A DNA stretch of 64,000 nt from NCBI GenBank assembly GCA_965287045.1, contig OZ336873.1, positions 52,452,001 to 52,516,000 on the forward strand. The letters are read 5' to 3'. Positions 62,115 through 64,000 of this stretch are shown piece after piece (the first letter of the stretch is position 1; the number at the start of each line of letters is the position of its first letter). A model generated the notes under the pieces. That model did no database searches. It saw only the letters and a list, made by a program, of their open reading frames with translations, and had not been told where the DNA came from. Source of the stretch: Carcharhinus amblyrhynchos. Lineage: Eukaryota. Position numbers and translations under genes: made by a program.

Positions 62115-64000
62115 CTTTTGGGTGTACTATAGGCCACCCAACAGCCCAAGGGCAGTGGAGGAAGGCATTTGTAAAGACATTTTAGATAGGTGCAGAAAGA
62201 ATAGGGTGGTTGTAGTGGGTGACTTTAATCTTCTTGGAGTGGATTGGAAGGTGCCTAGAGCTGGGGGTGCGGATGGGGAGGAATTTGTAAAATGTGTGCT
62301 GAAAGGGTCATTGGAGCAGTATGTAACTAGCCTGACTAGGGAGGGGGCTATACTGGATTTAGTTTTGGGTAATGAGCCGGGGCAGGTGGTTGAGGTTGCA
62401 GTAGGCGAACATGTGGCTAACAGTGACCACAAGTCTGTCTACTTTAGGATAAAAATGGAAAAGGATGAGTGCTGTCCGAAAGGGAGGGTGCTGAACTGGG
62501 GGAAGGTGAGCTATAGCCGGATTAGGAAGGAGCTGAAGGACACTGATTGGGAGAGGTTGTTAGTGGGCAAGTCCACGGTTGGCAAGTGGGAGGCTTTCAA
62601 GGGTAAACTGAAAATGTTGCAGGAAAGACATGTGCCAGTAAAGAGGAAGGATGGGAAAGGCAGGATTAGAGAGCAGTGGATTACAGGGGATATTGAGGAC
62701 TTGGTCAGGAAGAAGAGAGCGGCACATGTTAGGTCTAAACAACTGGGAACGGAGAGAGCGCTGGAGGAATATAGAGAGAGCAGGAGGGAGCTTAAAAGGG
62801 GAGTTAGAAGGGCGAAAAGGGGGCATGAAATGGCTTTGGCTGATAGGATTAAGGAAAATCCAAAGGCATTTTACTCTTATATTAGGAACAAGAGGGTGGT
62901 TAGAGGGAAAATAGGTTGTCTTAGGGACAAAGGAGGGGAACTATGCATTGAGTCTGATGGAATGGGGGAGATCCTGAATTAATACCTTGTGTCGGTATTC
63001 ACAAAGGAGAGGGGCTTGGTGTCTTGTAATGTCTTGGAGGGAGCTGTAGATCAGTTGAAGGAAATATCCATTACAAGGGAGGAAGCGTTAGGGTTTTTAG
63101 GTAGCATAAAAACTGATAAAGCTCCGGGGCCTGATGGCATTTATCCCAGGCTGCTTAGGGAGGTGAAAGATGAAATTGCTGGGCCTTTGACGCAAATCTT
63201 TGTCTCTTCTTTGGACACAGGTGAGGTCCCAGAGGACTGGAGGGTAGCTAATGTGGTACTGCTGTTTAAAGAGGGCAGTAGGGATAACCCTGGTAATTAT
63301 AGGCCAGTGAGTTTGACATCGGTGGTAGGAAAATTGTTGGAAAAAATTCTTAGGGATAGGATGTATAAGCATTTGGAGCATTGTGATCTGATTAGGGATA
63401 TGCAACATGGCTTTGTTCAGGGGAGGTCTTGCCTTATGAATTTGGTAGAATTTTTTGAGGAGGTGACAAAAACGGTTGGCGATGGGCAAGCCGTTGGTCA
63501 TCTATATGGATTTCAGTAAGGCATTTGACAAAGTCCCTCACGGTAGGCTGGTAGAAAAGGTTAAGGCACGTGGGATACAGGGACAGGTATCTAGATGGAT
63601 TGAAAACTGGCTAGGCAACAGGAGACAGAGAGTAGTAGTGGAAGGGCCCTTTTCTAGCTGGAGGTCTGTCACCAGTGGTGTGCCGCAGGGCTCAGTACTG
63701 GGACCTCTTCTCTTCGTAATATATATAAACGACTTGGAAGAGGGCGTATGTGGTGTGATCAGCAAGTTTGCAGATGACACCAAGATGGCAGGATTGGCGG
63801 ATAGTGAGGAGGATTGTCAGGTGACACAGCAGGATATAGATAGGCTGGTATACTGGGCAGATAGATGGCAGATGGAATTTAATCCTGACAAATGCGAGGT
63901 GATGCATTTTGGAAGGAATAATGCAGGGAGGAGTTACATGATAAAAGTTAGACCAATTAAGAGTATAGAAATGCAGAGGGACCTGGGAGTGCTAGTGCAC
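62115..64000 (+). mobile_element. Young CR1 ORF2 (endonuclease C-half plus RT) in a PRMT7 intron, running off the window
   Basis: YRPPNS, VVVGDFN, ILDLVL, SDH; KAPGPDGI, NYRPVSLTS, QHGF; GVPQGSVLGP, FADD; one stop near 62980 and a frameshift near 63495. Confidence 0.93.

Overview
Eukaryotic, vertebrate DNA. The repeat content (HE1-like tRNA SINEs, SacSINE/DeuSINE, many CR1 LINEs, Penelope-derived short elements) points to a cartilaginous fish, probably a shark. Three genes are recognisable by hand translation: the last 8 coding exons of PHAF1/C16orf70 (+, 8410-20827, 3' UTR to about 22395), the single-exon CDS of B3GNT9 (-, 39055-40305), and the promoter plus first 3 coding exons of PRMT7 (+, 57275-60639). 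The rest is mostly transposable elements: CR1, L2, Rex1/Babar, SINEs, a decayed Gmr1-like Gypsy LTR element at 22433-27867, a ~32-bp minisatellite array, and a tRNA-Phe pseudogene. Most interesting observations: (1) a TSD-bounded 128-bp Penelope-type element carrying an intact-looking minimal hammerhead ribozyme, with related hairpin copies; (2) a ~225-bp direct repeat bracketing the PRMT7 core promoter and exon 1; (3) a 19-bp perfect flanking duplication around the LTR element; (4) no intact TRADD or SLC7A6OS between B3GNT9 and PRMT7, but a possible spliced, decayed death-domain-like remnant there; (5) a ~40-bp tandem repeat in the B3GNT9 5' UTR. Gene and repeat names come from recall, not database searches. 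Repeat boundaries are approximate.
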